DNA from: Candidatus Zipacnadia bacterium
Lineage (GTDB): Bacteria > Armatimonadota > Zipacnadia > Zipacnadales > Zipacnadaceae
DNA: 38,693 nt
Reading direction: 5' to 3'
Assembly (NCBI GenBank): GCA_029821215.1
Contig: JALGTV010000001.1
Span: 1 to 38,693, forward strand
Shown: one piece after another, positions 37,994 through 38,693 of the stretch
How the letters are laid out: every line of letters begins with the position of its first letter
Numbering within the stretch: the first letter of the stretch is position 1
Made by a program: the position numbers and the translations under genes
The notes under the pieces: model-generated
Seen by the model: the letters and a program-made list of their open reading frames with translations, nothing else
Told to the model about the DNA's origin: nothing
Databases searched by the model: none

Positions 37994-38693
37994 ATGATTA
38001 GTAAAACGGTCGCTGGAGTACTTCTGTGTAGTATTCTGGCGGGACTGCCGGCGGTGGGGGCACCGATTCTGGACCCCGCCCATATACAGGAGGCAACTCT
38101 GGACAATGGCCTGCGGGTAATCGTGAAGCAGGAACGTTATTGGCCGGTCGCCGCGCTGGCCCTGGTTGTTAAGACGGGCTCTTTGCACGAGAGCAGTGAG
38201 AACGCCGGTGTTGCCCACATGATTGAACATCTGCTGTTTGAAGACCCTGCCAATGAAGAGGCACTGGGGCCCTGGATTGAGGATATGGGGGGGTATGTCA
38301 ATGCCCAGACCTGGCGAGATTTCACCCAGCTTACCATTGCGGTGGCCAGCGAATTCATCCCGGAGGTGCTGCCGCGCGTGGCCACCGGGGTTTTTGCTGC
38401 TCAGTTTACTGACGAACAGATAGCCCGCCAGCGGCAGATAATCACCCGCGAGATGGCTGACCGGTACACTTCCGTGGATGCAATGATGGACAAGTTGACC
38501 TGGGATATGGCCTTTACCCAGCATCCCTACCAGCGCCCCATCCCGGGGACTGCTGAGACGGTGGCAGCTCTTACCAAAGCAGAGGTAGAGGACTTCTACA
38601 ACAGATTCTATGTTCCCAGTAATGCTGCGCTGCTGGTGGTAGGAGATGTACAAGCTGATGAATTCATCCAGCTCGCCGCCGCCAGTTTCGGCG
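37994..38693 (+). CDS. M16 (pitrilysin-family) zinc peptidase, N-terminal part (3' end outside window)
   Basis: Not in the supplied track. I translated it by hand, and it is open from 37922 to the window end. MISKTVAGVLLCSILAGLPAVGAP looks like a signal peptide. The inverted zincin motif HMIEH sits in NAGVAHMIEHLLF, and FYNRFYVPSNAALLVVGDV lies downstream. GTG 37943 is an alternative start. Confidence 0.8.
   Translation, partial: MISKTVAGVLLCSILAGLPAVGAPILDPAHIQEATLDNGLRVIVKQERYWPVAALALVVKTGSLHESSENAGVAHMIEHLLFEDPANEEALGPWIEDMGGYVNAQTWRDFTQLTIAVASEFIPEVLPRVATGVFAAQFTDEQIARQRQIITREMADRYTSVDAMMDKLTWDMAFTQHPYQRPIPGTAETVAALTKAEVEDFYNRFYVPSNAALLVVGDVQADEFIQLAAASFG

Noticed and set aside
37940-38653. 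237-aa minus-strand ORF from the track
   Set aside because: It is the shadow of the plus-strand M16 peptidase gene, which carries the HMIEH motif and a signal peptide.

Overview
A 38.7-kb, moderately GC-rich segment that looks like core chromosome. I found no rRNA, tRNA, CRISPR array, transposase or integrase. An SLH-anchored OmpM-type outer-membrane protein suggests a diderm bacterium from a lineage without Lpp. Gene order is as follows. (1) leuA, 3' part. (2) murC-ftsQ-ftsA, a dcw fragment with no ftsZ. (3) A membrane protein with two tandem zinc anti-sigma motifs. (4) A complete F1Fo operon: atpZ-like, atpI, B, E, F, H, A, G, D, C. (5) An OmpM-like protein built as SLH, collagen-like run, coiled coil, beta-barrel. 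(6) ThuA-like protein plus Gfo/Idh/MocA oxidoreductase. (7) A large secreted S8 subtilase (minus strand). (8) A Trm112-ribbon SAM methyltransferase. (9) A structured non-coding unit of about 260 nt bounded by a promoter and a terminator. (10) hsp20-lon. (11) A GH127/DUF1680-like protein (minus). (12) A tightly packed minus-strand operon: galT-like HIT transferase, soluble PAS/GAF histidine kinase, stand-alone receiver, glgC, glgA. (13) A plus-strand trio: sigma-region-2-like membrane protein, TPR lipoprotein, RNase H-like exonuclease. (14) A decayed oxidoreductase mini-ORF. (15) An M16 peptidase (5' part) that is missing from the supplied ORF track. Most of the window is housekeeping. The candidates for something undescribed are the orphan structured RNA unit (22399-22694), the signalling-embedded glycogen operon (27651-33599), the sigma-fragment/lipoprotein/exonuclease trio (33879-37409), the collagen-like OmpM and the tandem-ZAS protein. 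All functional calls come from motif recognition by eye. No database search was run.
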